Source: Lama guanicoe (Eukaryota). From it: a stretch of 64,000 nucleotides of DNA. The notes under the pieces were generated by a model, which made no database searches, was not told the origin of the DNA, and saw only the letters and a list, made by a program, of their open reading frames with translations. The stretch lies in contig MU054187.1 of the NCBI GenBank assembly GCA_013239625.1, forward strand, positions 21,889,280 through 21,953,279, written 5' to 3'. Positions 38,451 to 64,000 of the stretch are shown here, piece after piece. Positions within the stretch are counted from its first letter, which is position 1. Each line of letters starts with the position of its first letter. The position numbers and the translations under genes are program-made.

Positions 38451-41268
38451 ACGCCTACATTTGGATTAATGACTTCATAATTTCAAAGCCCATTACTTCC
38501 GCAGTTACTATGTGTGTCCTGGGGCTCAGGCCAGATAAAAGTACTGATAGCTAGGATTCAGAGGTGGATAATGCGGTGCAGTCCCCAACCTCAGGTGGCT
38601 CAGTTTAGTAAGAAAAACAAACATGCAAGTGTGCTGGAACAGACTTCTCCATGACCCAAACACTCCTTCCTCCCTCCCTCCCTCCCTCCCTCCCTCCACA
38701 AGGCCACCCCTGCAGGCTGCTGGACGCTCATTCTTCTTAATTCTTCCCTTGCGCCTCGCCCAGGTATTTACATTTGCCCGTTCCATTATATTCCAACAGC
38801 TTAACACTGCCTGGGATGAACTGAATACCCACCGCTTACTGAGTGCCTTCATGTAGCAAGGTGATTTTTGCACAGTCACTGATTGAATCCGTACAAAAAC
38901 CCCCGAGGTGGGTGTCATTATTCCTCCTTTACAAATGAGCAGCCAACAGCTTCTTGGGCGGTGGATTACAACCTGATGACCACAATGCAGTGTCTGATTA
39001 GGATGTGGTATCAAAAATCCTAGGACAAAGGGATATGTGTGCAAACACCCAAGAAAGGAGCGGCTCTTGGCCTCCATAGATATTTACTTTAAAACTATAA
39101 TTGTAACAACCATGAGACTATTTGGCTTTTTATTAACTTAGTTTGTAGTTGAATGTTTAATAAACCATGCATATTTCACTTTGTAATATACACTAACAAT
39201 ATCTTTACTTTTGGAGGAGAAAGCAAATACTTTTCCATTTTATTTTATACTTGTGCCAAGATTAATACGTTAGAGGCTTTTTTATTATGATACTTAGAAA
39301 GCAAACTTTAAGATTTTTGTATATTATTTTACAATACAATATGTAGCCTGACATTTTTCCCTCCTGGGGCAGAAAAAAGTACCTTTCCTCAGGTACTGGA
39401 CAGTTTCTTTATTTAGAATTATTCTTAAATGAACGAGTCTTTCCCTCTAGGAGAAACACAGGCATGCGATAATTAATATTTTTATTTTTAAAAAATCCAA
39501 TCTTAGAGAAGTCTCTGGAACATAACTGCCTGCTAAGAATGCCCTCAGTAAAATAAAGGTACATTCTGAATGGTGAAGGCACTAAGCAATCTCCAACGTT
39601 AAAAAACAAACAAACAAATGAAAAACCTATGTAGAAAAAGAGCTAAGACAATCACTGTAATTTTAAAAAGTTAATTAAAGAATGTGGATTTATGTTGAAT
39701 ATCCAAAGGTGAGCCACATTCTGCCCTGCAATGACCATGTGACATTCTCCCCAAGCGTGGCTGTGGGGAGGGCCAGCTTTACTGAAAATTTCATTTTCTA
39801 GAAGTGAGAGAGAAGGGGGAACCTCAGAATAAGAAGAGTCTGTTCGGTGCACTGCAGTTTGATGGCATTCAAAGTTTTAGAGATATTTAAGAATCAAAAT
39901 ATGCTCCTATTACGTCCATGTTAGTAAAGCCACAATCCAGCTTCACAGAAAGTGACAGAGAGAAGGACTCCGGCAGATCTGAAGGCTGGTTACCTTCACA
40001 GAATCATTGGAACCCACTTTACATTCATAGACTTGATATTCAACCCTTAGCACTTATCAACTTTCCATCCCCAGGGCCTAGGGAAGTCTCACAGCACCAG
40101 CAAGGTCGTCTTCTTTTGAATTAAGTAAGTACTGGAAAGTTATGCCAAGAATCAAAATTATTTTTACTGGGCTCCACGAGAAACTGTGCCGCTACAGAGG
40201 CAAATAAAAGGTTCTTTGTAACAACAAGCTACACTCAGTGATGGTCCTAGAAACCAAAACTAGCTCATTGACTAAGAATTCATGGTAGCATCAACCAAAA
40301 GGCCCCCTACAAAGAGGTACACACTTTTCTGGCGTCTTAGGATGCGAACAAGTAAATCTAAACAGGAATCATATTTGTTGTGTGGAACTGACTGAAATAA
40401 ACAGCAAGTAATGATTTTGAGACCAATATTGCAGAGTTTTACACTAATGTTAAATTTACCTTTTTATGTACCTATGTATAAGCAATATGATGCTAAGACT
40501 GATAGACTTGTGTAAAACTGTGACCTGCTGCCCCAGTTTTAACTCTAATACTATGCTCTCAAAGATCACAGAGCGCCACAGGACAGAAAGTCTTTCTCCC
40601 CTTTGGGTGGCAAAGTCCCCTGAGGGAAGTGAATTGTGTCCCCACCTGAAAACAGCCCTGACTTATCCACTTGGTACAGGAAAAACCGTACCCCTGGCCC
40701 AAAACACTTTTCGGAATCTAGGAAAATGTTTTCTTTTAAAATCAGAAGGAAAAAAATGGAACATTTAGATTAAAAATGTTTAAATATAACATTAAGATAT
40801 TAATCTTTATATCAATACAGACATAAATGTGTGTGTGTGTGTGTGTGTGAAAAAAGGACCCAAAAGTCAAAATGCCTAGACCCAGGAAAGCCAATAATGC
40901 TGTCTTGCCTGAAAAATAACCTCTCTTAAATTGCTTTGAATTAGTTCTCAGGTGTGCCGGATGCCAAGTTTCCTTTGTCAGCCAAAGAAAGTTCTCATCT
41001 TTTTGCAAGAAATTCTTTCTTTTACCCAATTCTTAGGAGAAAAGTATTTTTTTAGACGTTTCGATTGCTTTAAGTCACCGTGTACTCGCGTAGGAAGTCT
41101 CTCTCTCAAATTTAATTTTTTAAAGAGAAGGAAAAAGGCATTAGGAGATGAGCACTTCATACGTGACCTTGACAGCTTGCAAGGTGAGGCGTTCTCCCAG
41201 GCTCGCCTTGGTTTGTACTTGAGCAGGAGAGACCATCTCTCCTCTTTCTTGGTTTATTTCACGGCCTT

Positions 41269-41282
41269 CCAGCAGGGGGCGC
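41269..41282 (+). promoter_or_regulatory. CTCF core motif CCAGCAGGGGGCGC at the 5' edge of the CA2 CpG island
   Basis: Matches the CTCF consensus core by eye; binding not demonstrated. Confidence 0.65.
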
Positions 41283-41995
41283 GTGGTTCTCAGCCTGAAG
41301 CTGCTCGCTCCCCAGCGTCTCAAGGACCGTATCCCTATTTGCCCCAAGGTCATAGCTCCTAACCGAGATGGTCGGCCCAGGGCCCCGGACACTGAGAAGC
41401 AAGCCCTCCGGGCTGGAGACCTCGGCGCGGGTGGGGCCGATGGGGCGGGGCGGGAGGGCTCCGAGGCCCGGGATGCTCTCACAAAGGGGACACGGGATGA
41501 AAGGCACCGGGCCCGGGTCCCGAGCTGTCAGCGCGGCCGCCAGCCTCGGCGCCCGGGAGGGGGCAGGGGTGCGCGGAGGCGCTCCGCAGCCCCAGTCGCA
41601 CCCAGGGGCCCGGGAGCCGCCACCGCGAGCGCCGAGAGCTCGGAGCCTGGTCCCCGCCCAGGGGGCCGGGATCGAGGGCAGAGGGGAGCCGGGCGGCAGG
41701 AGAGGCGCTCCGGAACCTGGCCGAGCGCCCGCCGAGAGGGCGTTCTCCCCGCCCCCGGAGCCTCGCCCCCCCCGCCCGCCCCGAGCGCCAGGAGATCACC
41801 TCCACCCGTCACCTCCTCCCCCCGTCGCCCAGGTCCACCCGGGGTCCCCTCCCCCGGGCCGCCCCCGAGCACGAAGTTGGCGGGAGCCTATAAAAGCCGG
41901 CGACGGTGCGACCCGCGGACACACGGTGCAGGCGCCCCAGCAGCCGCCGCTAACCCCGCTCCAACTCCTGCCTTGCTCCGATCCTCGGCGCGACC

Positions 41996-55435
<13,440 letters not shown>

Positions 55436-56093
55436 GGGGGTCCCAGAGCCGGGGTCCGATGAGGAGTGTTTGGGTTTCCCTTTAGCTAAGCGCCGATCGA
55501 CCTTGGTGAACTGGACCCTGGCTGCTCTGAGTCTAATTTTCTACACCTGTCATCTCTCACTTGACACACTTACTACTAAAATGTGAAAACCTAGATCAAC
55601 TGAGATGCTTGAAGAGTTGCTGAGACTGGGGCTTCGCTTTTTGGGGGTGGCCTTTCTGTAGCAGGGAATATAGTATAAGGTGTAAGAGAAAAGCCTTGAT
55701 TTCGTTCACAGCACGTGGAGTGGGGCGCACTCACGCTAAAAGGCTGTTTTTAAAACACAGGAAGATAGAATGAGTGCAAATCCATATAATGAGACAGACT
55801 GAACTGCGCAGAATAAATCAGATGAAACAGTCATGATGCTATCTAATGTAAGCCTGATAAAGGAAATGTCCGTGATTCCAAAATAGTACATGAAAGAAAA
55901 ATTTTTTAATTTTTATCTATTTGCAGCAATGTTATCTTAAATAGGAATTGTGCTGTAATTTAGAGACTTTTGAATTTACAGAGCTGTAAATGAAGTATTA
56001 TCTTAAAAATTGTTATAGTTGTGATACAGAGTATATTTCCATTCAGGTAACAAATCATAACTTCATAAATATTGTATTTTAGATATATTCTGT

Positions 56094-56099
56094 AATAAA
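56094..56099 (+). terminator. CA2: Candidate CA2 polyadenylation signal (alternative AATAAA at 55812-55817)
   Basis: AATAAA about 660 nt after the stop codon, followed by T/GT-rich sequence. Confidence 0.65.
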
Positions 56100-56915
56100 A
56101 ATCTGGAGTTCTATTTGGGGTGATTTTATTTGATGCTGGGCAGTGGGTAAGAACGGAGGAGCAAATTTCTCCTTTTATCATTCACATTAATTCATTATTA
56201 ATAATAAGCCATCATCGTTGGCTTACTCATAATTGAAGGAGTCTCCGTCATAGGAAAAACCCAGGTCATGTATTATCTGCCAAGCACTGTTTTAAGTGCC
56301 TTCTGAGCACTCACTCATGTGATCCCCACGAGGATTAATCCCACAAAAGAGAGAGGAACTGAAGACAGGAGGAGGGGAGGGTGGGCATCCTGAATCAACA
56401 CATGCTCCTTGGACAGACAATAAATAAAAATCCATTTAATTCAAAAAGTGAACCCAAGTGGTACCAGAAGTAAAAGAGTCATTTGAACCTTTGGAGGGTA
56501 CACTCTGCCTATTACAGCCAGGAAGGAGAATGGATGGATGAAATTCCAGTCTCCCACTAGTATGGCTGCTTTGGACTTAGCTCCTGGCCCCAACCATGGG
56601 ATGCTCAGCTCATGAGTTATCCTGAGAAGCCGAGTTTAACACATGACTCAGGTTCCTCACTTCAGGGAATAAAAACTCTTTGTTACTTGAGATAGAAAAC
56701 TCTCTAAACTTGCTCTCACCTGCTTCCTAAAGAATTAAGCTGAGTTTTGTGTAGGAGAAAGATCACAAGCTTTGGAGTCTGATGATTTGTCTTAAATCCC
56801 AGCTCTTCTCAACCTCTCTGATCCTGGGTGTGCAAAGAGGATAACACTCAAAATATTCATAATCATATGAGGTAGTGTCTTGGGTACAAGAGGTGGTCAA
56901 AAATAACACTTTTTA

Positions 56916-57073
56916 GAGGGGACGGTACAGCTCAGTGGTAGAGTTTAGCATGCATAAGGTCCTGGGTTCAATCCCCAGTACCTCCAGTAAAATTAATAAA
57001 TAAATGACTGACCTAATTACCACCCCCCCAAAAAAACAAGAATTAAAAAAATAAAAATAAAGTAGAAGCTAAA
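56916..57073 (+). mobile_element. tRNA-derived SINE (vic-1-like)
   Basis: 17-bp TSD aaaaataacacttttta (56899-56915 and 57074-57090). Confidence 0.9.
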
Positions 57074-57887
57074 AAAAATAACACTTTTTAAATATTTTTT
57101 TTGTGTGTATGACTGTCAACTTTTCTTAGTCAAGAGAAAAACGTCAACAATTGGGTTCTATATATAGATGGATTATTGCGTGCTTGGTACATAAGAGATG
57201 ATCTCCAAATTCTGCAGTGAAAACATTTTGTATCAGTCTCAGCTGGAATTACATTTAATCAGAAGATATCAATTTTTTTCTTGAGAAACAAAGAAGTTTT
57301 GTTGCATTTGTAATGTGCTACAAATTATTCTAATTTATACCAGTGCTTGTCAAATGTTCCATCAAAATATTCCTTAAAACAGAGGATAACCTTAGCACAG
57401 TTTGAAGCAAACCATTGCTTCTTTAAAGTCTCATGTTTTATTAAATTTATTCAAAATTTCTCTTCTACTCTGTATTATAGCCACGTTTATTTTTTAGTAC
57501 AAACTGTTTAACTGGCTTATTACAATTAGTAAAATTAGCACTGGGGGAATGTTTATTCTACAACTTACTGTTCTCTCTGGCTATCAGGTATTTCTGCAGG
57601 GACTCGGGTGGCCCTAGTTGGAGAAGGACTGATAATGTGATTTTGGGAGGCAGGAAAGAACAATTGAATATTAAATACTGAGGATTTTGATTATATTTAT
57701 TTCTTCAAGGAGAAGTGTTAATTTTAAATACTGTTCACCTTGATACCTTAATGGATATCATAATTAGAATTAGTATGTTTAAATTTTTAAAAGCATATTT
57801 GAATTTTTCTCCTGCATTTAGATAATAAGGCCCTAACTTAATTATTCACCCTGAATTAGAGTGGGGGGGGGTAACATAAATGATACT

Positions 57888-57966
57888 GTAGCAGGCAGAA
57901 TAGTGGCTCTCCAAAGATGCCTACATCCCCAAAATTGTGAAGATGTGACCTTACCGTGGTAAAAGA
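57888..57966 (+). mobile_element. MaLR (MLT1-like) LTR 5' fragment
   Basis: tgtagcaggcagaatagtggctctccaaagatg...gatgtgaccttaccgtggtaaaag. Confidence 0.55.
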
Positions 57967-60059
57967 GCCTGGCCTTCCCTTGGCCACCTGCTGATAGACT
58001 AATGCTGATTAAGCCACTAAAAAGTTTCAGATAGATGGAATACTTTACTTTCTTTAATATATAAACTTTGAGTCTGAAGTACAGTACTGAAAATTAAGTA
58101 GCAGTCAGTATATATTAAAGGGAAGCTTTCATCAACTTGTCTTCAAATTTAAACTTACTCTTCATATTAACAGAGTAAGTACTATTTAAGAGAAAACCAA
58201 AGGACAAACAAGAGTGAGTTCCTATAACCAAAGATGAACAGCATCACCCTGGTTCGCTAGATTCACCATTTTTTTTGTACTAAGAAGTGCTTCTGTCCCG
58301 GTGGTGAGGGGCAGGTGACTATAGAAGACCTTTGTATCTGCCTGTCCACCTGCGGTGGTACCATGGATGTATATTACACAGAGTAGTAAGCTTGATTTAA
58401 ATTCTTTATTTAGTTGTATATCATCTGCTCCACTTTCAGTTGGATCATGTGCCATCTCTTGACCAAGCCAGTTCTTAAACTCTGGTAGTATCATTGTATG
58501 CATATACCCAGCTACAGAAGTGGTGTTGCTTAAGAGACTGTTTGCATGGAAAGATTAATAGCACTGACTAGCTTTCTAATATTTTGCACTTTTTGAAAGG
58601 TTTGATTTTTTAATGTGATTATATTTAAAACGTTATTAAATCCTGAAATAAACTACCTTCCCTATAAGAGATAAATAGTGCTTAAATATGTACACAGAAA
58701 GTAGCATCATTACATTTCACCTAGGTTTTGTTTTTTTAAATTGAAGTATAGTCAGTTTACAACTGTGTTACAATTTGTGTCAATTTCTGGTGTACTGCGT
58801 AACGTTTGTCATATACATATTTTTAATAATTGATTTGAAGGAATTATTAGGAGACCTCTGAAGGCTCTGATACTGAAAGGTTCATGTGCCACAAGTAATC
58901 ATACCACTCCCTTCCTATGTGTGACAGCCTGGGGTTGGGGGGGGTCTCTCTGTGGGATTTGGGGGAGAATCACTTCATGAGGGTACCTGATGGATGCAGA
59001 GCAGCACGGTGGCTCCGATGTCGAGGACTTGTCTCAGAAGGAGAGATGCCTGGAAGGAGGTTTAGGAAGACATCCCCAGCCCTCAGCAGACGGTGGCCTC
59101 ACTGCATCAGGTGGAGAGAGTGGGTCCTGCCCCCCAGCACACTCGCCTCCACCAGGGCAGGAACTTCCGGCTTCTGCCATCTAAGCCGGCAGCCCCAGGC
59201 ATTGGAAAATTTTCTCTGCACACCTTTGGTCTTTGGATGTTGTTAGACAGGGTATTGTTCCTGGACCTCCTCTTAGAAGAAGGATTCTGGCTTCTTTGGC
59301 AGAAGCCAGCATGCCCTCCCCGAGCAGGGCTCTCCAACGCTCGGCTACCAGTCATCTTTCTCTCCCTCCTTTCACCCCACCTGAGTTTCTCCTCTGTAAA
59401 AGCTTTCAAGTCTGCATTCTTTGTTGTCTGACATATCTTCTCAGAAAGTTCTGGCAGGAGGAATGATGCCTTTCAGCCCTGAGACCAGTGCATATATAGA
59501 GAGAATTCTGTTTTTGTTAAACACACAGAATATTTTTCTTTTTCTTTTGAACATATAGCAGATATTGTGGATTGCACACTTTGCAGCTGACTTGTGAAAA
59601 AGGCACTTTAAAAATGAATGAATCGAGATAATCTCTCTAAATGGATTTATGTTAAATTATACGACATTCTTACATAGCATGTTTTCTATACACGAGATAA
59701 AATCATATTCAATGACAATTAAGGTCTATGTGTGTTTCTGATGTGTGAGATCCTTTATTTATAGCTCTCTTGCTGGGCCACCTAGTTTTTTCAGGAGCCA
59801 ATAATGAAGCAGGATTTCCTGCTACATCTCTTCCCATGTCACTCCTGATGTGTATGCCTCAAAAATAGGGAGAAATTCAAGTCTTGCTGGACAATGCAAA
59901 GTGAAGTTATAAAGAGAAAAGAACTGAGGTTTACATCACATGGTGCATAGCATTTCATGACCTCTGTCCTCAAGGACTCTGCATCTCCCTGGGCTGTGGT
60001 CCCCAGTCCCTGCAGCTTCCCTTGGGTCTCATTTTCTTCTCTATTTCTTTTTCAGGTAT

Positions 60060-60465
60060 TTTTTTCTTTTTTTATTGAAGTGTAGTAAGTTTATAATGTT
60101 GTGTCAATTTCTGGAGTACAGCATAGTATTTCAGTCCTACATATACATACATATATTCCTTTTCATAATCTTTTTCATTATAGGTTAGTACCAGATATTG
60201 AATATAGCTCTCTGTGCTGTACAGAAGAAACTTGTTGTGTATCTATTTTATATATAGTAGTCAGTCATCTGCAAACCTCGAACTCCCAATTTATTCCTTC
60301 CCACTCCCCAATTTTTATTTTGTTTGTTTAATTTTTTGAGGGGGGGAGGTAATTAGGTTTATTTATTTTAGTTTATTGTTATTATTTTTTAATGGAGGCA
60401 CAGGGCTTGAACCCAGGACCTCGTGATACTAAGCAGGCACCCTACCACTGAGCTATACCCTCCCC
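60060..60465 (-). mobile_element. Antisense L1 3' tail (about 60060-60310) abutting an antisense vic-1-like SINE (about 60310-60465)
   Basis: tttattgaagtgtagt...cagcatagtatttcagt, then tggaggcacagggcttgaacccaggacctcg...ccactgagctataccctcccc. Confidence 0.8.
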
Positions 60466-60908
60466 TTCTCCTCTTTCTAACATAGAACAATTTAGTGCCA
60501 TCATCCCTCCTCCCTCCTCATACACACACACACACTCATATGTGTATGCACACATAATGCACACGTGAATATGCGTGCCCATCAGCATACACACACAGAT
60601 ATCTCTCTCTTAATACTGTATGACAGATAACCATGCTAAAGGCCAGCAAAGTTTCCAGATCCACTCTCCATACAAGTGACAAGAAAATCACACATATTTA
60701 TTTTTCTTGTCACTATTTTTAACTCTTCTATCACACAGGTATTATCTTTCATGCCCTCAACACAATAATGTCAAAGTTATTCTTCTTTTACAAATGGAGG
60801 CTTCAGGGCTCACGGAGACCAGGAAATATATCCAAGTTCCCACAGCAAACAACACGAAAAGCTTTATGTTCATGCCTCCACTTAGTTGCATGAAGGATGC
60901 TACCTGAC

Positions 60909-61819
60909 TGTTAGCGGATGGAGGGGCCCCCAAATTAGGAAGGCCACTAAAGTGTGGGTTCTTGTCGCTGGCTGTAGAAGAATTCACACAGCAGAGGCAG
61001 AGGGACGAAGTGAACAGCTGATTTATTGCTCAGAAGGGGAAATGGAAGGAAAGTGCTTGAGTGGGGAGAGGAGAAGATAAGTACTCACACAAGGAAGAGG
61101 GGCTCAAGTGGGGACTGTCAGCCAAGGTGGGCGGTAAGGAGAGCTCTGGCCTGGGCGACACCACATGGACTTTTATGGGAGGCTTCCACTATCATGTCCT
61201 CATTCCGTGTGTGATGGAAACTATCAGTCTTGTTCAAGTTTTTCAGTCCTTGTATGGGCTCTGCTGGCGGTTGTCATGGCAACTGCCAGCTGTCATGGAG
61301 CTGGTGGGTGTGTCGTTTAGCATGCTAATATATTATAATGAGCACATAATGAGGCTCAAGGTCCACTGGAAGTCAGATCTTCAACCATATTAGACTGGGC
61401 TGTAACCAGTTCATGTTTCTTCTCTGCAGCTGCCTCCTGAGACAGATAAAAGTAACTAGTTTCTGTCTGAAGGAGGGTCAAGATATGATCCTGGGGGGCA
61501 ACAGCCTTGATAACAGAAAGGAAAGCTGCTTTTAAACAGAATGCCTGCAATCTGGTGCACCCAGCATGCCCCTCATAAAACCACCTCCAAAGATTTTGTT
61601 CAGCCATGAAAGCTTTATAAGGAAATGAAGAAATGATCACAGTTAATCATTGAGATAGGGGTCAGAGTCACTGCCATCCCCCAATGCCTGCAGGCTTGTC
61701 CTGGTCAACTGTGTGAGCCTGCTCTTCTATGACTCAGGGAGGCTGGGAGATTTCAGCTTTTCTATAAACAAGAGGCCGGGGTTGGGGGAGGGAGGCCCAC
61801 AGGGTCCTGCTTCCTTTCA
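60909..61819 (-). mobile_element. Solo ERV LTR (ERV1-like), about 910 bp
   Basis: TG...CA termini; 4-bp TSD-like tgac/tgat; minus-strand AATAAA (tttatt at about 61022); no internal gag/pol. Confidence 0.65.
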
Positions 61820-63049
61820 TGATGACCCAGGGCCTGTTCCCTGCCTTGGTCAACTCCCAGCCCCAGCCCTGCCTTTTCTCTTAACTGCTAGGTTTGGGGG
61901 GAGCCAAATATGAGGAACAGGGTTCACCAGGTTGGGCTGGGCAGCCTTGGGGGGGAATTTGAGAATGTGAAGGGGGCCAGGCTTTGCCAGCACAAGGCCT
62001 GGCTCAAAGAAGAGGCTCAGCTAGACCTCCCACAGATATTGCTGAATGAATGAATAAATGTGTTTAAAAATCAAATGTAATGAAAAGAGTTCTGAAGGTG
62101 GATGTTGGTGATGGTTACACAACCATTTGAATGTGCTTAATACTACAGAACTGGAAACTTGAAAATGATTAAAATGATCAATTTTATGTGGATTTTATCA
62201 CAGTTTTTTTAAAAAGTCAAATGTAAATTCCTTTTATCTTAGCTGTTGTTTCATTATTCACTTCTCCCCTGTCATTTGAAAATAGGCATATTTTCCACAA
62301 AACAGATAATTACAATCTGACTTAAAAGATGGATAGGGCCTTAGACAAGACTGTGGCACGAATGTGGGTTGGGTTTAAAGGCAGCAAATGTTGTGGTTAA
62401 TTATAATGGCTTCTGGAATGAGACTGTCTAGATTCAATGCCTGGCTTTTTGTTTATGTATTGAGCCAAGTTATTTAATCTGTTTAAATCTCCTTTTCCTC
62501 ATCTGTAAATTGAAGGTTCTAATATTAGCGTCACATAAGATTTTTGTAAGATAATCCATGTAAAAGAAATACTATCATTCTTAGAAAACAATCAAAAAGA
62601 TCAGGTACGGTTAGCAAGAAGCTATAAACCCCGAAAGTGACACAAAATGAAAAGTCTTCAGTATTAGCCCAACCCAGACCAGGCTGCAGCTACAAGCATC
62701 TATGAACGATTTAATGCACCATCTTTCCTCTCTTTCTCCTAAGTATCGGGACACCATCTATACTGCATTTTTGGATGATGCTCCCAAGAATTCATGTGTG
62801 TCCCAATCACTCTGGGAAGTAAATACTAAATAGATGAAGAACAAGCAATTTCCCCTTTGCTTTGAAATCTAGAAAGCCCTTATGCAACCAGAAGAGGAGA
62901 TAACAAATCAATTTCAGACTGGCATTTTTGCTTGTCTTACTTACCTCACTGGGGGAAAGTAACTACTCCTGAGAGCATTTTCTCAGCTTATCTTAGCCTG
63001 CTGTGATGCGAAAATGTAACTAGCAGCTTTGAGGAAAAGGATATTTCAT

Positions 63050-63210
63050 GGGCATCATTGTTATCCAGAGGGTTTGTCTTGTAATAAACTTTCATGAAAA
63101 AGAATATGGAAACAAATATATGTATGTATATGTATGACCAAAACATTATGCTGTACATCAGAAACTGATGCTACATTGTACACTGACTATACTTCAATTA
63201 AAAAAAAATA
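63050..63210 (+). mobile_element. L1 3' tail
   Basis: gaaaaagaatatggaaacaaatatatgtatg...actgactatacttcaattaaaaaaaa. Confidence 0.7.
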
Positions 63211-64000
63211 GAGATTGTCTAGGCAAGACTTCTATCACCATGCCTGGTTCATGGCAAGTGCTTGATAAATGTTAGCTGAGGTTATTAAAAATTCACTGAC
63301 TCAACCACGTGGAAATCCATTGGATTTTTTCCAGCCCTCTGGAAATGCATCACCAAAGAGGCCACTGACTATATGCTGCCTCCAACAACCACATTGGGGC
63401 TACATCCATCAGGCTGCGAGCTGAGTGTAACGTCTGCATCTTCTGGGTGTAACTTGCGGAACACGCGCCATGACAGCGCCAAGGATGGACGCCATCCAGC
63501 CGATAAACGGTTCATTAACTGTGGAATGGAATGAATTTGTGAAGTCACAGTATCTGATGCCTTCCTTGGGGTAGAGATAGAGCTGTCAGGGCTGACAGCT
63601 TCCACCATTTATTTTCTCAGCTGATCTTTTAGAGTTCCAGAAGCACTTTTTTGGGTCGCACCCAAGCATTTTCACCACCTTCCCCACTGTGCCAGTGAGC
63701 AAACCTTCAGTGTTTTGGCTTAGTTTTCATTCACCTGCCTCTCAGGTAAATATTCCGAGGAAGTACAAAAGTTGTTACAGCCATCAGGATACAGTGTGTG
63801 TTTTTTATTTCATGCCATTGTCCTGGAAATAATGAATTGTGTATATGTATAAAAGACAATACATTGACTTTGAATGTGTACTTGTAAGATTGCTACGTCC
63901 AACTTTGCATACAAATCAGGAAACATTTCCATTAACGTTTACATTTTTGATGCTCCAACATTACCTGATAGACTTGCTGAAAATTTGGTCTGCGATAGAT

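Noticed and set aside
38526..39077. 183-aa minus-strand ORF
   Set aside because: Overlaps a MIR-like remnant and a (CCCT)n repeat; no splice or domain support.

Overview
This is mammalian genomic DNA, most likely from a camelid: it carries at least seven copies of a tRNA-Ala-like SINE resembling the camelid vic-1 family. It contains the tandem cytosolic alpha-carbonic anhydrase genes CA3 (7 exons, CDS 16939-25338, +) and CA2 (7 exons, CDS 41996-55435, +). Each has a CpG-island promoter, and both sit among L1, L2, MIR, CR1, LTR and DNA-transposon remnants. CA2 is intact at 261 aa, one codon longer than usual. CA3 is intact except exon 5, which is 44 nt instead of 63 nt; this 19-nt loss shifts the frame and predicts a stop in exon 6, removing the Thr199 loop (gene loss, null allele or assembly error). 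Other notable observations are that all 52 codons of CA3 exon 6 end in G/C inside an intragenic CpG island, a template-switch-like mosaic duplication plus a 485-bp tandem duplication between the genes, and CTCF-like motifs in the intergenic spacer. I see no evidence for an entirely new multi-gene system; most ORFs in the track are spurious. Orthologue comparisons and repeat-family names are from recall, not from a database search.
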